Positions 1 to 14,053 of a stretch of 64,000 nt of DNA are shown here, one piece after another. Each line of letters opens with the position of its first letter. Position 1 is the first letter of the stretch. The DNA comes from Paraspadella gotoi (lineage: Eukaryota > Animalia > Chaetognatha): the NCBI GenBank assembly GCA_051294375.1, contig JBJCIZ010000239.1, positions 6,095,074-6,159,073 on the forward strand, read 5' to 3'. The notes under the pieces are model-generated. The model did not search any database. It was given only the letters and a program-made list of their open reading frames with translations, and was not told where the DNA came from. The translations under genes and the position numbers were made by a program.

Positions 1-630
1 TTTTTCCCTCTATTTCCTCACGCCTTCAATACCCCTTCTTCCGTCGCGACTTGATTTTTCGGCTAAACTTGACTAAACTATTGTCCGGTTAGATTATGTA
101 TACGTAATTCTTTGAAATAGGAAACACCAATCCGAGTGATTATTGAATTATAATGACTGTATACATTATGAAACCAGAGACCAAAAGAGGCCTTGTAAAA
201 ATGTCATCATGCATAGTTCCGGAATACATGCAACTGATGGTAATCCGATTAGGTGAAACGAAGTTTTTTAAACAGGATTGTAGTGGAACGTAAAGTAACA
301 AAAAATAGTTAATTAGTTATTACTTAGGAACGGATAAGAGAAAAAAAGCTTACAAAAAATAATAAAGTTTACAAAAAGCCAGATTTTTAAAGCCTGAATC
401 CGAAAAAACTTTGCTCTTGAAATAAAAATCCCTTCACAGCTTCTGAAATTTTTTTTTCTATGGTACTACATCATGCAAACTAGATTTTAGGACAAATTAT
501 AAATTCGAAAATTGTCTAGAAAATATTACTAGTTTTGCATCATGCATAATGGTTTCTGATACTAGTATTTTTGTTTGTTTGTTAACTTTAAAGGAAAATA
601 ATTCAGTTCAACAACGATTTATTTACAAGG

Positions 631-670
631 ACGGACATGTTTCGGCTTTGATTCCAGCCTTCATCAGCGC
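631..670 (-). ncRNA. Minimal type I hammerhead ribozyme (Penelope-like element type)
   Basis: Minus strand reads gcg-CTGATGA-AGGCT..AGCC-GAAA-CATGTC-cgt: conserved core, stem II and palindromic ACATGT stem III. Confidence 0.75.
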
Positions 671-1736
671 TTTTTAGCAGTTGTGAAAAATTAAAAAAAT
701 TATTTGACAAACATTGAGAGAGAGAGAGAGATAAAGTGAGAAAAGTAAATGAAATTTGGTTAGTGAGAAAAAGAGAGAGAAACAAGTTTCAGCAAACAAT
801 GTCGGATCTGCCCACGATCATTATCGGTAATTAATTAATTAGGCAATTAATTAATTAATTTGATCCGAAAATGTTTTGTTTTGATTGAATAATTGACTGA
901 TTAATTTTTGTTGTATTAATACATCTTGTATTTACATTTAAAGAAAAAGAAAAAGAAGCATAATCAATTAGTAAAACAGGTTTCTTTGTTTTTCCATTTA
1001 AAGTCATTTCCACTCAAACGATTCCATCGAAACTTGATTTCCAGTTTAATCACACACTTTCTAACCAAATACAAAATTTCAAGACAATAGCCCCATCCAC
1101 TCATGAGTAATTGGTGTTCAAATAGTGAAATATATTTTTTTGTTTTTTCCATTTAACTCATTTCCACTCGGACGATTCCATCGAAACTTTATATCCAGCT
1201 CAATCACACACATCCCTACCCACACACAAAATTTCATTCCAATCCATCCTACCAATCACGAGTAATTGGTGTTTTTTGCTAAGGTGGGATGGACGGACGA
1301 AATCTTTTTTTTTTTTTTTTGCGCAATTTATATAATTCGATGTTCTGACATGATATAAGTGAATGTCCGACAAGATTGAGGGGGCGCACCGACGGACCCA
1401 ACAAAGTGAATTATAGAGTAAAGCAGATCCGACTAAAAATTAAAATTGACTGGCGAATCGAGCTAGAAAACAGTTATAATCCTCCTCCTTAAACTTCAAC
1501 TGAACGAAACCAAAAAAAAAAAAAAAAAATTGTTTATACTTTTTGCTGCTTAAAATGTCTCCGTACCCAAAAAGTCCGATCTTATATTTCAAAGTTTTTT
1601 TTTCCTTCTCGAAATTAATACCGGGAGTCCGATTCGACGTGGTTTTATCACAAGTTTATCACAAGTAGATCGCAACTAAAGAGAATGCCTAGCTTATTCA
1701 CGATTCGACCAGTGAACAGAGGAGAAAAGAGAGGAA

Positions 1737-4700
1737 ATGTTTTCCCTGCCTTTTCTGGTTCTATTTCTGATGGCGTCTGTATCTGCCGAAGAGGAGTCGG
1801 TCACTAATTGCAAGTCGAACATGTTTTGTACCAAAGTCAAAGAATTAGAAGGCCAGCCCATATCTTTAAGCACTTGTTGCCAAAACATAAATGGTATGTT
1901 TTTTTGTGGCTCTCTTATCCGAGAATTCCCGGTTTCTGTTTTTTTAATTTAAATTCAACCTTAATATATGACCTAAATTTGTTCCGAAACATATGACCCA
2001 ATCTCAAACAACAATCCCTAAACTTATTCACTAACCCTGACCTATACCCAAACCTATACCTATACCTATACCCTAACCTATATCCAAACCTATACCCAAA
2101 CCTATACCCAAACCAATACCTATACCCATACCCTAACCTATACCCAAACCCTAACCCTAAAATAAGGCCCATGTTTTTATTTAAATAAAAAATTAATATG
2201 CAGTATAAACTATTTGTAGTATTCTTATTTTTAAAGTACAAAAAACAATAACTGAAAAACTTGTCAAAGGTGATTTTGTAAAATTTTTCTGGTTTAACCT
2301 ATTTTGTGTTGAAATAAAATATCATATCATGACAAGTTATTAAATTACCGGAACTGCTTACTATTATTAGTGGTAAGCAGTTTGTCAATTAATTAATTTA
2401 TTGATTAATTAAACATGATCGGTCAATTCAATGTGTTGCACCGGAGTGACTTTCTTTTCACACTACATGACAAGCAAGTCTATATATAATAATCGTATAT
2501 ATATTGTATTTGTATTTATGACACACACTGCATCGGAATTCCGTCTTTTATTCATTTTAGTTTTAGAATTTCCTGAAGGCGGCGCTAGCAGTCACTGAGT
2601 TTTAGGTTTTTCCTGTTTTAAAAAATGAGTGATGAGTTATGAGTAATGAGCATTTTTAACTTAAATTCGACAGACTGACCGACAGACATACCGACCGACC
2701 AACAGACCCACAGACCGACCAAAAAGTGACATAGTGTTGCTCACTTGCGAGTAACTAATTAACTATTAACTAATTACTTATTATTTAATTAACTATTAAC
2801 TTATTAATTATTTAATTGATTATTTAATTATTTATTTAATTAATATTTAATTAATTATTTAATTAATTATTTAATTAAATAATTAATATTTAAATTTTTA
2901 ATTAAATAATTAATTAAATAACTATTAAATAATCAATTAAATAATTAATTAAATAATTAATAAGTTAATAGTAATTAAATATTAAATAATAAGTAATTAG
3001 TTAATAGTTAATTAATTAGTTACTCGCAAGTGAGCAACACATATGTCACTTTTGGTCGGTCTGTGGGTCTGTTGGTTGGTCGGTATGTCTGTCTGCCAGT
3101 CTGTCGAACTTACGTTAAAAATGCCCATAACTCATAACTCATTTGTTAAAACAGGAAAAACCTAAAATTTAATATTTAAATTTTTAATTAAATAATTAAT
3201 TAAATAACTTATTAATTATTTAATTAATTATATAATTAATGATTTAATTAAATATTTAATTATTAAATTAATTAATCAAAAATTGTTGCAGCTTTATTTA
3301 TATATGAAAAAAGTACAATCAAATAGTGAAACAGCTTTTTTTTTATCCACTTGCACTATTCCATTGAAACTTCAAATCCATATCAATCACACATTTTCCT
3401 CACAACTCAAAACATTTCATCTCAATCCATCAATCCGCTCAAGAGTTCAAAGCTGAGGGGGACGGAAAGACAGACAGACAAACAGACGGACGGATGGAGG
3501 GACATCCAATTTTTTTGCATAATTCGATGATCTGATATGATCTAAGTGATTTACCGACAAGATTTTCGGGGAGGGACCTCTAATTCTATATTATAAATAA
3601 AATATATTTCATTCTTAAGTAAAAAGAAAATAATTATCCTTTTTAATATTATTTCTATCTGTACAGGAGCAGAAAATATGAACCTTTGCACAACATTCTG
3701 CCCTGCGTGTTTGGAGGCGAAGGGGACTTGTGCTCCAGACCCACCGGGCAAAGAAAAACCAGAGAGTATTTTCAACTGTAAAAGCAGCTATTTTTGTATT
3801 ATGGCGAAGGAGCATAACGGAAACCCTATAACCTCGGAAGGATGTTGCGAAGGATACAAATTCAAGGGTCGCGGTAAGGCGCGCTTTAAAAGTATTAAAG
3901 AGCTCTTTTTAAACGTTTAAATTACAATTTTTTGGCACTGTTTTCCAAAACCACCCTATTTCGGTTCTTAATCCTTGGAACTTTATTTTAGCTTTAAGAT
4001 CTAATTTCAATCCTTTACCTTAATCTTAATTTTAACCTTCACCATAATCTTTAACCTTTAATTCCAATCCATTGTGACAACACATTAACTATCGCCACCC
4101 GCCTGAGTTTATCAGTGCAGCCCCGGTGGAGTAAGAGCGAATATTCTCTTTTGCCACCAAGCCCTATTGGGCTCGCGCCCCATTGGTATTAATGCTCGTG
4201 AGCGGGACGGGACATCTAACCCACCTGTAGTGGCGGACTACCAGTCAGATCCAAAGTTCTGAAAACTAGAAATAACAGGTGGTAATTTGTCCTGTCATGT
4301 AGCACTAAACCATAATCTTTGTTACTCTTCCTTAAACCTTAACTCTAATTCCAAGCCAAAACTTGTTTCATGTATAAGAAATTTTGTTTGTTACAAACAA
4401 TGATTTATTAAATTTATTTAAAAAAAACAAATTTTGGACATGTTTTAGCCTTAGTGTAAGCCTTTGTCCGCGCAATTTTTGTAATGATTAATGATTAATT
4501 ATGTAGCTGATAAAGGCTTATAATAAACCGAAACATTGGGTTCAAAATTTGTTTTTCAAAATAAAAATCGTTATCTGTAAATAATTTTTTTTCTATGTTA
4601 AACAATTACCAAACAGAAGAAAAGAAAGAAACCTAAACTTTAACCAAATTCATAACCTAAACCTAATCCGTAATTAAATGTTTATCCTTAACCTAATTAT

Positions 4701-7700
4701 ACTATGTACACTATTATTTAAATAAAACATAGTTAATATGAATATCAATATTAAAAAATATTTAAACTTATAAATTAATTCAATTTCGAATTTAAGCTAA
4801 AGTGTGGGGCCTTTGGAAAATATGCCCTTTTCTATTCTATAAAAAATGGATCGCCATAATTTTAAACTCTGAACTTAAAAACGGGGTAGGACTAGTGTTC
4901 CGATAACCGTTAACCATTGATGGTTATTAATGGTTAAAAATAATTTTAATTTAACCGTTAATATATTTGTTTTAACGGTTAAATATGGTTAATTTTCAAA
5001 TTTTTAATTTTTTGGTATGAAATCTTTAAATTTGTAAAAGAAAAATATTTTTTTCCTGTCCTCTCTTATTCTCCTCTCCCCTTCTCACCATATTTTTATC
5101 CCTCTCTCTCTTCTCCGTTTTTTCCTTACTTTTTTTTTTATTTTCTTTTTATTTTTTATCCTAATCTCTCTCTTATTCTTTCTTCCCCTTTATTTATCTC
5201 CTTTTCCTTTCTTTTTTTTCTTACTTTTCCCCTTTTTCTTTCCCCTCTTTCTTTTCTCTCCTTTTTTCTCCCTTTGCTTTTCCCTTTTTCTTTTTTTTTT
5301 ATCCTTCCAGTATTTTTTTCTTATTTTTTTGCTTTATCCTAATTTTATGCATTTACATCAAATAATTTATAAAATAAATAATCCCTTGTGGCGAAACCTT
5401 AATTCGGTCCGTTCCCCGTATAAGCTGTGGTGCATTGTCAAGCGCTCGTCCCATTGGTTTGGACAGGCTAATAAGCGTACTCGTTCACCAACCGTGAGTT
5501 CCGTGTTCAATCCACTCACGGTTACGCTGGTTAAAGTGTGATGGTGTTGCAATTTAATAAAAATTATAAATTTACTCTCCAGTTATTGATTTTTAAACAG
5601 ATGTCTTGTTTTTGAATATCCTAATTAAATTAAAGCTGGGCCAGTTAAATTTTATATTACAGTATTTGTAAGTATATAATTCTCTTCATATTTTTAAGGG
5701 CTTTCTGAGGATATTAATATTGTTAATATTTTAATAAATACTTTGTTTAAAAAATGTTAAAAGTTCCCCAAAAAAATTGAATTTAAAAACAGTGAGTTAG
5801 AAAACGAAACCCGAGTTGACAAGTCAACTTTCTCCACTCATTGTCAAGGCATATCTTAACTAATCAATATAAAATTTTAACACAAACAGTTTTAGTATTT
5901 TCTACTCAACTAAATTTTAAAATCAATGAAATAACCACTGGTTTGCAAATGACAGCATATTTTTACCGGCGCTTGTAAAATTGTCACCATGTAGAGCCAA
6001 ACTTTGTCAATGGGGTGGGTCAGAAATTTTATTTGGGAACCTTCCCAAATGAAACTTCATACATTTCTGAGAAAACTTTCAATGGACAAAAATTTTCCAA
6101 AATGGCTAGAAGCACTAGTAATTATTTTTTTAATATTTATTTATAGATAAGAAATGTCATTGGGAAAAACCTGGAAAAATCATCCTCATCATCATCATCC
6201 GATGATTTTAGCAGTTTTTGCCAATTTTCAGTAATAAAACATCAAAATTTTAAAACGTTGTAATTATATTTTTTGCTTAACTTTTTGAGCTCTATCAGAA
6301 TCAATTAAAAAAACTTAAAATATTCAATTTTTTTTAAAAATATTATATAGCAATATACTAATTTTAATTAGCAAATTACTCATGGTTCGGAACATTTTGG
6401 CAAAAAAATATTTTAACACAATAACTAATACCAAAATTTGAATTTGGATGGCTACTGCTAGCATAATTACGCCAATGACATGGCGTCCAAAACTCTNNNN
6501 NNNNNNNNNNNNNNNNNNNNNNNNNNNNNNNNNNNNNNNNNNNNNNNNNNNNNNNNNNNNNNNNNNNNNNNNNNNNNNNNNNNNNNNNNNNNNNNNNNNN
6601 NNNNNNNNNNNNNNNNNNNNNNNNNNNNNNNNNNNNNNNNNNNNNNNNNNNNNNNNNNNNNNNNNNNNNNNNNNNNNNNNNNNNNNNNNNNNNNNNNNNN
6701 NNNNNNNNNNNNNNNNNNNNNNNNNNNNNNNNNNNNNNNNNNNNNNNNGTCGTTATCGCCAGGCTGTCGGATTCTCTCCTCCATAATTATAAAAAATTTA
6801 CAAATTAATAATAGAAGGAACATATCTTAAAAAAGGCATTAGGGCAAACTAAAACTATCCTTNNNNNNNNNNAATAATAGAAGGAACAAATCTTAAAAAA
6901 GGCATTAGGGCTAACTAAAACTATCCTTCAATAACGATGATATACTTTTTAANNNNNNNNNNNNNNNNNNNNNNNNNNNNNNNNNNNNNNNNNNNNNNNN
7001 NNNNNNNNNNNNNNNNNNNNNNNNNNNNNNNNNNNNNNNNNNNNNNNNNNNNNNNNNNNNNNNNNNNNNNNNNNNNNNNNNNNNNNNNNNNNNNNNNNNN
7101 NNNNNNNNNNNNNNNNNNNNNNNNNNNNNNNNNNNNNNNNNNNNNNNNNNNNNNNNNNNNNNNNNNNNNNNNNNNNNNNNNNNNNNNNNNNNNNNNNNNN
7201 NNNNNNNNNNNNNNNNNNNNNNNNNNNNNNNNNNNNNNNNNNNNNNNNNNNNNNNNNNNNNNNNNNNNNNNNNNNNNNNNNNNNNNNNNNNNNNNNNNNN
7301 NNNNNNNNNNNNNNNNNNNNNNNNNNNNNNNNNNNNNNNNNNGACTAACAACAGAAAACAAGCGTTCAATAAACTAACAACTTCAAAAATAATGAAGAAG
7401 AGAAGTAGAGAAAGAAAAAGAGAAAGCAAAAGAGAGAAAGAGAAAACAAAATATAGAATTTGAATTCGATGGTATCCTTTCGTTTTGTTGTGTTATAAGA
7501 TTAGCAAAGATATTTGTTTTGTGACAACAACGATTTTATTTGATATAAAAAACATGTTTCCGCTCTGTTTCGAGTTTAAGAGAGAATACCATTAAATACT
7601 TTAGTTGAATTATAAAATTAACTGGTTAACCGTTAAAAGTTTTAGTTTTAACGTTTTAACGGTTAAGGGAAGTTTCTCAAAAATTAACGGTTTACGGAAC

Positions 7701-8078
7701 TCTGGGGAGGACTTATTCACTTTACCTTCTGTCTTATTTCTTTTATTTTATCGCATGGATATTGTGCCGTATAAAAAAAAAAATTAATCTTATAGTTTTT
7801 AAATTCTAATGATTGATTACGTCGCAAATAAGATATATTTTTTTTTTAATAAATCGTTAAAACTAATCCGTTAAATTTCAGTTGTGGAAGACGGAATCTG
7901 CACCAAAACCTGCAAGATATGCCGTCAAAATGGCGGGAAATGTAGGGAAGACAAATCGGCGCCGATGGTGAGCCCACAATCGAGTGGCTCTTCGACTTTC
8001 AAAGTCGATACGAGGATGGTTGTCGTCGTGGTCGTCGTCGTCGTTTTTGCCCTAATTGAGAAAAGCTCAGTTGGGTGA
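1737..8078 (+). CDS. Cys-rich secreted/GPI-anchored protein, paralog 1 (two 8-Cys modules), 186 aa, 3 exons
   Basis: Exons 1737-1893, 3667-3873, 7882-8078; GT-AG introns, both phase 1; spliced length 561 nt. Signal peptide MFSLPFLVLFLMASVSA, modules starting NCKSNMFC and NCKSSYFC, hydrophobic tail RMVVVVVVVVVFALI. Confidence 0.85.
2600..3166. repeat. Foldback palindrome of a Helentron/HINE-like repeat end with AT-only core
   Basis: 2600-2760 mirrors 3012-3166; contains (GACC/GACA)n microsatellite. Confidence 0.75.
4893..7704. mobile_element. hAT-like non-autonomous element spanning assembly gaps
   Basis: Termini TAGTGTTCCGATAACCGTTAA / TTAACGGTTTACGGAACTCTG with subterminal AACCGTT repeats; 8-bp TSD ggtaggac/gggaggac. 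Confidence 0.65.
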
Positions 8079-8484
8079 AATTTAAAGTGGGAAAAAAAAA
8101 GATTTTATTAGTTTTTTTCTCCTCCCTCGCATTATTTACATAGTTGATGTTGTTTTTATGTTTGGTCTTGGTTTCGTTTATTCATTGCGGAAAGAATTAT
8201 TAAAAAAAAAAACAATCACAATGATTAATGTCGTATTGTATGCTGAGGAATAAAAAGAGGGAGAGTCGATAGGCAAGTTACCTGGTCATTTATAATGTTT
8301 AACATTAAAAAAAAACGGACATTTTTTGACCAAGGTGATATTCTTCTTTAAACTATATTCTTTTTACTTTTTTAAAAAATTTTAATAAGTATCAGGTTTC
8401 CACTAATAATATTTTTAAGTTAAGTAAATTTTGAATATATTTGAATACTGCAAAAACAANNNNNNNNNNNNNNNNNNNNNNNNN

Positions 8485-11260
8485 CAAGCCGCGGGAAAAT
8501 GCGAAACGGACAAAGTCAGACGCGCACAGAGTGCCTCGGCCCACATCGGTTCTCAGAGGAAGCGAATTGTTCCAACGCAGGCAGCTGGCGGTCGCCAAGT
8601 CTCATCCCAAATCTGTGTGGCGGCCAGCCTGGTTGCCCAGCTTGCCGTGTCTTATCGTTCCCTCTCCTCCAGATTCCGGCATGTGCCCCATTGAGCGTTC
8701 CGGGAATTGTAACTCTATGCTGTTAGGTTCGACGTCAAAATGGCTCCGGGGGCTCGGTCATCTGGTCCGGCTCGTCGCCTTGCATTCTTTCGTCCCGACC
8801 CCTCGCCACCTTAGCTCGAGCCTTTGCCTCCTCTCCACCCTTCGCAAAATCGCCCCAAACGTAGTTTTTGCCAACGTTCCGAAGAACTTCCGTCCGTGGC
8901 AGACCAATGCTCAGTCCCATCTCTCCGTGCTTTCTATTTGCAGCGGCCGGAGGATCCGGACGTCCAGGTCAAGTTGTGCATCGTCGGCGTTAGTTTCGCT
9001 CTCTCCTTCGCTCCGAATCTTCTTACTTCGTGTGTCGTTCAGACCATGTGATTGCTGATGTGTATCTGATCGCTCGGGTCTACATTACATATGTATGCTC
9101 CGTCCCATCTTCGGTCAATCCCATTGTCCCAGAGATCCCAATCTGAGCTCCCGGGAACCCTTACTCCTCTTCACGGCTTACGTATGTCAGAGATCCTTGC
9201 GTTTCTCATCGTGGAGCTATTCGGCGCAATCGATCAATCCCATTTGTCGTCGTCAGCGTCCATCGTGTCGATTCGTCTCTGTCCTGGTTCATACCTCTGC
9301 TCTCCGGAGGATCCCGTTTCCTCCGCTCTCCCATTCCCCGGGTCCTCGTTGCGAATGCTTCTCTCATGGCTCAATCCTTCTCCTCATGATCGCACTTCTG
9401 TGCCAGTCTCCTCCATTTCCATCCTCCGGGCTTCTGCCATCTCCCGTCGTCAACTGCAGAGCTATATCTGAGGTCGTCGTCTTCGTCTTGCGGTTCTGCC
9501 AGGGGTCCAGTCCCTGTCTACCTTCTGCCCTGGCCATCTCGGCTCTGCGATTCCTCGTCTCTTGAGGCGGTGCGTCCGTTGACGATGGTGATGAACGGCT
9601 GCTTCGATCCTGAATCGTGCCCATGATTTCCATTATTGGATCCGACGACTCGCCTCAATTGTATAAAAAGACTAATTCGGTAAAGAAAAAATTTTTCCGC
9701 AATGAAAAACTGAAAGGTCAGTGGTTGTTAGCCCACTTGTCGAAGGAAGACATATCGGAAACTATTCGTGTGTCACGGAGTAGGCCACCCTCCATGGATT
9801 AATTGTTTATAAACTCCAGACCCGTAGGTACGAATCAGAACCAGATCAACCTTGGAATGCGAAACAATATAGACCCTGATAAGTGACCGGAACACACATA
9901 CTGAGCCTAATCATTTAGCTCAAAAGGAACGACCGGAAATGCGGCCTAACCACTATATTTTCCTTACTTGACCGACTTAACAGAAGAGATTGAAACGTCG
10001 GAAACTTCGAGCTCTTTCGCCGCGCCTCCTAGGACTTAGGAATTCTCTGCATCAAGAAGGACACCAGCCCTTGCGCATTACCACTGAGACAATGCCTCTT
10101 ACTTTCACACTTTACTATCTAACCCTTCTCATCACCCCTCCCAGAAGTGATAGCAGAAGTCTCCAGCTCGCTCAACTCCAACATTTGAGCCTTTAGAATC
10201 TATTGAGTTTCTAGGACTCTCTTATAATTAGATGAGTGCAGCAAGCCTCGGGAATAATAATAGAACCAAAGTAAAACCCGAACCACTGACGCGGTAGCAC
10301 AACTGAGATTCTCGCACTTGGATAATAACTAATCTCTTCCACATAAGTTAATCCCCATAAGTTTAGATTACATATTGTGTTTCTATCCTCCGCACACTGC
10401 ATTAAGAAGCGTCCACGACCGACTCAAGTGTGTTCATCATCGTAGTTCTTCCGCTATATCCTCAGTGATCTACTCATTGTGCGATTTCTGGTCTGAGTTC
10501 TCTCTTTATCTTCTTCGTTTGGCAAATACTCGGAATAATCTTTCTGGATACTCTAGAATTCTTGCCTCTATTGTATATCCCTGATCCTGTGCTACCATCA
10601 GTTAATGTGATCTGATAAAACAACTCGCCCAGACGTAGATACCTGATCTAACGTCCTGCTTTGACAATATCCAGAATTCATATGATTAACAAGTCAACCC
10701 AGAGACTAAAACGCATAGTAAGAAAAACATGAGAATTTGAAAATAAACATTTCTTGCGTATCACACATCAAGCGAAACATGCCATTAACACACATCTATG
10801 ACCTCGTCTCCTCTGCCTACATTCAGTCCAATTACTTCGTCTCTCTTCTCCGTTCTTTTTGATATTATGTACTCACTGTAGAGGAATATAAGAGTAATTA
10901 AAACTGAATTAATCATATTTTTACAAAACCTTTACGACTTGGAAATCACTCCAAAATAAATAAGTTCAGATGAGTTTTAGGAGATCTTTGATAATTTAAC
11001 TCATTGACGGTCAGCTTCACTTAGCATCTCATAGAAGTTAGAAACCTTCTTACAGAAAGCTCGCTAAGCACTCAGATATGTATTAATGTTGACATGTCTT
11101 CAATACACCCACTCGCGTCGTCGCATCCATTGTAATATTTGTCCACCATTCCTGTTGTGACTTTCAGAGGTCGAGTATTCGTAGACAAGTGTTTCCTCTC
11201 TGGTTGATCCGTTTCCATTGGTGGCATTGGCTACTCTCTTACGGCACTTAGGCGGCAAAT
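8485..11260. mobile_element. GC-rich island, probably a degenerate retroelement
   Basis: Abrupt rise in GC after a gap, many short overlapping ORFs, no splice pattern and no recognisable domain. Confidence 0.3.
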
Positions 11261-14053
11261 TGATTATGCGGTATAGTGATAATTGATGATAGAAGAAAGA
11301 ATAAAAATGGAAAACTTGGTTAACCTAAAATCCTTGGATCTAATTTAAACCCCGATAATCCTTTCCGTGATTACCTATGGAGCGCGAGTCCTCAACAAAA
11401 TAAAACGTAATAATTATTACCCTCAGTGACACATTCTTTTTATCAGTGGAGGGACCTCAAATTCAAAAATTGCCGAAATTCAAAAATATTTTAGCGGAGC
11501 AAATATGCTTTTAGTCTTCAGTGAACCAAGAGGCATATACTGTCAAAAAATCAACTATCCACCGGTACTCATAAGAACAAACCTTTCCTTAATGATTGTT
11601 CAACAACCATACATGATAAACTCAGAGAATTTTTAAAATAAACGATAGATTCCAGTTAATATCTGTAACGGCCTCCAGATCTCATAATATTCTCCTCTAT
11701 ACCTTCTATTTTCCTCATCGTCATCTTTGTCGTTGTCTTCAACTCTTCATCATTGTCATCGTCGTCTTCGTCGTCTTCTCCATCGTCGTCGTTGCTATCG
11801 TCTTTGTCGTCGTCGTTTTCGTCTTCGNNNNNNNNNNNNNNNNNNNNNNNNNNNNNNNNNNNNNNNNNNNNNNNNNNNNNNNNNNNNNNNNNNNNNNNNN
11901 NNNNNNNNNNNNNNNNNNNNNNNNNNNNNNNNNNNNNNNNNNNNNNNNNNNNNNNNNNNNNNNNNNNNNNNNNNNNNNNNNNNNNNNNNNNNNNNNNNNN
12001 NNNNNNNNNNNNNNNNNNNNNNNNNNNNNNNNNNNNNNNNNNNNNNNNNNNNNNNNNNNNNNNNNNNNNNNNNNNNNNNNNNNNNNNNNNNNNNNNNNNN
12101 NNNNNNNNNNNNNNNNNNNNNNNNNNNNNNNNNNNNNNNNNNNNNNNNNNNNNNNNNNNNNNNNNNNNNNNNNNNNNNNNNNNNNNNNNNNNNNNNNNNN
12201 NNNNNNNNNNNNNNNNNNNNNNNNNNNNNNNNNNNNNNNNNNNNNNNNNNNNNNNNNNNNNNNNNNNNNNNNNNNNNNNNNNNNNNNNNNNNNNNNNNNN
12301 NNNNNNNNNNNNNNNNNNNNNNNNNNNNNNNNNNNNNNNNNNNNNNNNNNNNNNNNNNNNNNNNNNNNNNNNNNNNNNNNNNNNNNNNNNNNNNNNNNNN
12401 NNNNNNNNNNNNNNNNNNNNNNNNNNNNNNNNNNNNNNNNNNNNNNNNNNNNNNNNNNNNNNNNNNNNNNNNNNNNNNNNNNNNNNNNNNNNNNNNNNNN
12501 NNNNNNNNNNNNNNNNNNNNNNACACGATTCCGATATCATTACTCTAAAACTCTTAATGATTTTTAAAATCTGAATAAATATTCGTTATTAATACTCTCT
12601 CTTGGCTTTTTGATGATATAATAATTGTTTTGAAATTCTTTGATATATTGCTTTTTTTTTATGCAGCAAAGGCAACTGCTTGTTTTTCTCGGCGTGGTTT
12701 GGAAGGAAAAAATGTGTTGAATACATATTGTTTAATCTCATTCTAAGACAAATAGTTAAAAAATTTTTCAAAGTATTTACTTGTAGTATAATAAGGCTTC
12801 TGGCAAGGGGTACATTGCATTTTGGTAAAAAATATTAAGAAGTATGCCGGTAAGGTTCAGGTAAGTTACTGTTTTTTTGTTTTTATTAAAACTTACTTTA
12901 TCAAAAAAAAATTATTAATGATATTGTCGATAATTAAATTAATCATGTATTTTTTCTGAATGCATAATAAAACCGTCAAAAAGGTAAGAAATCTATAAAG
13001 TATTTGACAATTTAAGCATATTCGTTAAAATCTTCCTAAAATTTTGTTTTACTTTCCTGAAAATAATTAATATAAATAGGTTTAATTTGGATAGTGATGA
13101 AAAGCTTAAAATATGGTAATTTTAAGATAAAACATAACACTGTCATGTTCAGAAACGACCAATAAAAATATTGACAAATATGCAATATAATGCGCGCGCA
13201 TAAAAACAACTAAATGTTTTGAAAACATCAATGACACCTTGTAATTGTTTCAAAATGTATTTTGTTTTATTGTATATAAAAGTAAAAGGCTAGAAAAAAA
13301 CTTTTGCCACCAATTTTATTATCTTATCTCAAATCGTTCAGATAGGGCAGGACGTTAAGTTTTGTCTCGATATAGGGTCCCACGCTGTATGTTGCCTCCT
13401 GACTTTGAACCGGCTGTGGCCTCCATCACTCTTACAAGCGAATGACATAGCAAGTCTCTGTGTCTGCAAGCTTTCAATCAAGACTCTCTCACAGTCTTGC
13501 TTATTAACTCCCAGAGTAAGTGCCTTCTGTATCAATGAAGTCGTATATCATTTCTATAATCTGTTAAGAATTGTACAAAATTGTATAAAACGACTCACCT
13601 AGCGATTAATCTTTAACGATTTCTTAATTGAGTTAAAAGTTAAAAGTTTTACTTTTTGTCTTTATGCTGTTGCGTTGAAATATTAGATTTTAGCGAGAAA
13701 AAAAAATTTCGTCGTTTCGCGGAACAAGAAATGTGTACAAACAATGGAATTATGGATAACTATTTTGGCATTTCACATTATTACTAGCACTGTAAAAGTC
13801 GGTTTAATAATTTGATATTTCTTAATGAGGACAATTGACCTTTGCCGAATTGTTGAATATGTATAGATAGTAAATAAGTAATAACAATAGTAAAAGTAAT
13901 AAGTAAAAAAGTAGGTAATAGTAATAGGTAAATAAGTAAAATAAGTATGTATAAATAGAACCTAATTTTCTTATAGTAATATGCTTTTGTAAACACTTCA
14001 TTTAAATTTCTTGTTTCGCGAAAATTTGAGCTCTTTTTTCTTAAGTAATCAAG

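Noticed and set aside
4073-5551. Possible solo LTRs at 4073-4309 and 5387-5551 (similar patches near 28245 and 57710)
   Set aside because: GC-richer TG-starting patches, but termini and TSDs are not convincing and each is single-copy in the window.
6806-6930. Direct repeat of ~55 bp either side of a 10-N gap
   Set aside because: Typical unmerged contig overlap artefact.
6448-12574. Long ORFs made mostly of X
   Set aside because: They run through N-gaps and are not real coding evidence.
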